Assembly (NCBI RefSeq): GCF_004010195.1 | Contig: NC_057750.1 | Span: 3,220,761-3,284,760 of the forward strand | Origin: Chiloscyllium plagiosum | Taxonomy: Eukaryota | DNA length: 64,000 nucleotides | Direction: 5' to 3' | Shown: piece by piece, positions 62,830-64,000 of the stretch | How positions within the stretch are numbered: the stretch's first letter is position 1 | Layout of the letters: each line of letters starts with the position of its first letter | Program-made: the position numbers and the translations under genes | The notes under the pieces: generated by a model | What the model saw: the letters and a program-made list of their open reading frames with translations, nothing else | What the model was told of the DNA's origin: nothing | Database searches by the model: none

Positions 62830-63860
62830 TTTTTTTTATTATTTCCAAATCTACTCATAAAATCATCTATAATTACACACAGATGTTCTGAATCAGGTCT
62901 GTACAGAGAAAAACAAATAAAACATTTGGAATTTTGACATTTCTCAGGAGCTTCTATACAGTTGCAAAAACAAAGACACTTTCTACTTATGCAGGAAACT
63001 AGTTATTGTCCTTCGAGGCACCAAGAAGGGTCTGACAACTGACTGGACACCAGTTATACTTCAGCAGAAAGACCTTAGGTGGTGGTCTTTCCCCACTGCG
63101 CCTTAGCGGCAGCTGCACCAAGTTTTAACTCGTCCCTCAACACGTAGTCCAGGACCTTGGAACGTACCAGTCTGCAACACTCTGTCGAGGTCAACTCTAT
63201 GTTGGAAGACCACCAAGTTTTGGGCAACCAAAGAGTATCTTTCACAGAGCTAATGATCCTCCAGGTACAGTCGATGTTTGTCTTGGTGTGTGTTCCGGGG
63301 AGCAGCCCGTAGAACACAGTCCCACAGGACCTGCTCGGGCCAGACCTTCACAAAAACCACTGCATCTTTCTTCAGACTTTCCCTGCAAAGGCACATATTA
63401 GGAGACGTGTGACAGTCTCTTCACCAGCACAGCTACTTTGAGGGCAGAATGCAGTAGTACACAGAGACCAAACGTGCATGAATGATCTGACGGGCAGTGT
63501 CCTTCTCAACACCAGCCTAGCTACATGTTGAAATGTTTTGGTCATGGGGCATTGTCAAATGACCTTGACAGTCTGGTCAGGGAATCATCTGACAGGATCC
63601 ATCTCATCCTTTTCAGTGTCAAGGACACGATGTGCTGACCACTCCTGATGGAGTTATAGTCAAAGGTACTTTTCATGGCAAATATTTCCACAAAGGACAG
63701 GTGATACTGAACAGTCCAACTACATGGAGCATTCCATGGCACCAGACCCATCCTTCGCAACAGCAAGGACTGGTAGAACTTTAGTATTTGATGTTTGTGT
63801 ACTGAGGGTCTACGTATTGCTTGATGCAGTAACACACAAAGGTGCCATCAGTATGAGGGT
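62830..63860 (-). mobile_element. Tx1-like (L1-group) LINE 3' fragment
   Basis: YGLLPGTHTKTNIDCTWRIISSVKDTLW...AAKAQWGKTT C-terminus, followed by an A-rich tail on the minus strand. Confidence 0.65.
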
Positions 63861-64000
63861 GGTGCTCGGTATACCTACACCTACCAGTCTTGCCCTTCAC
63901 ACTAACAGGAACATACTGTCTCTGGACTCTATAATTATCTCATTCTTCAAGGCCTCTCACTTCCCAACCATTCCTTTACCTGTGAATAGCTTCCTCCAAT

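Overview
Repeat-rich vertebrate DNA, most likely an elasmobranch (shark), judging from its HE1-like tRNA SINEs, CR1 LINEs and Penelope-like elements. There are two N gaps (20100-20759, 54068-54623). The window holds one long minus-strand gene for a divergent classical calpain large subunit. I could read 19 coding exons by eye from ATG 59713 to TAG 12132, covering CysPc with an intact Cys/His/Asn triad, the C2-like domain and the penta-EF-hand domain. The expected ~70-bp exon 2 is not visible and probably lies in the 54068-54623 gap. The gene has one U12-type intron and one GC-AG intron. Two non-genic structures stand out. (1) A ~6.2-kb composite insertion (22221-28467) carries a ~5.5-kb 33-bp minisatellite between a unique head and a LINE-like tail; it splits an older repeat cleanly, which suggests an SVA-like VNTR-carrying non-autonomous retroelement. 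(2) Many Penelope-like remnants carry minimal hammerhead-ribozyme cores, including ~100-210-bp, mostly palindromic mini-insertions with 9-16-bp target-site duplications whose symmetry axis sits at the ribozyme. All family assignments come from motif recognition, not database searches.
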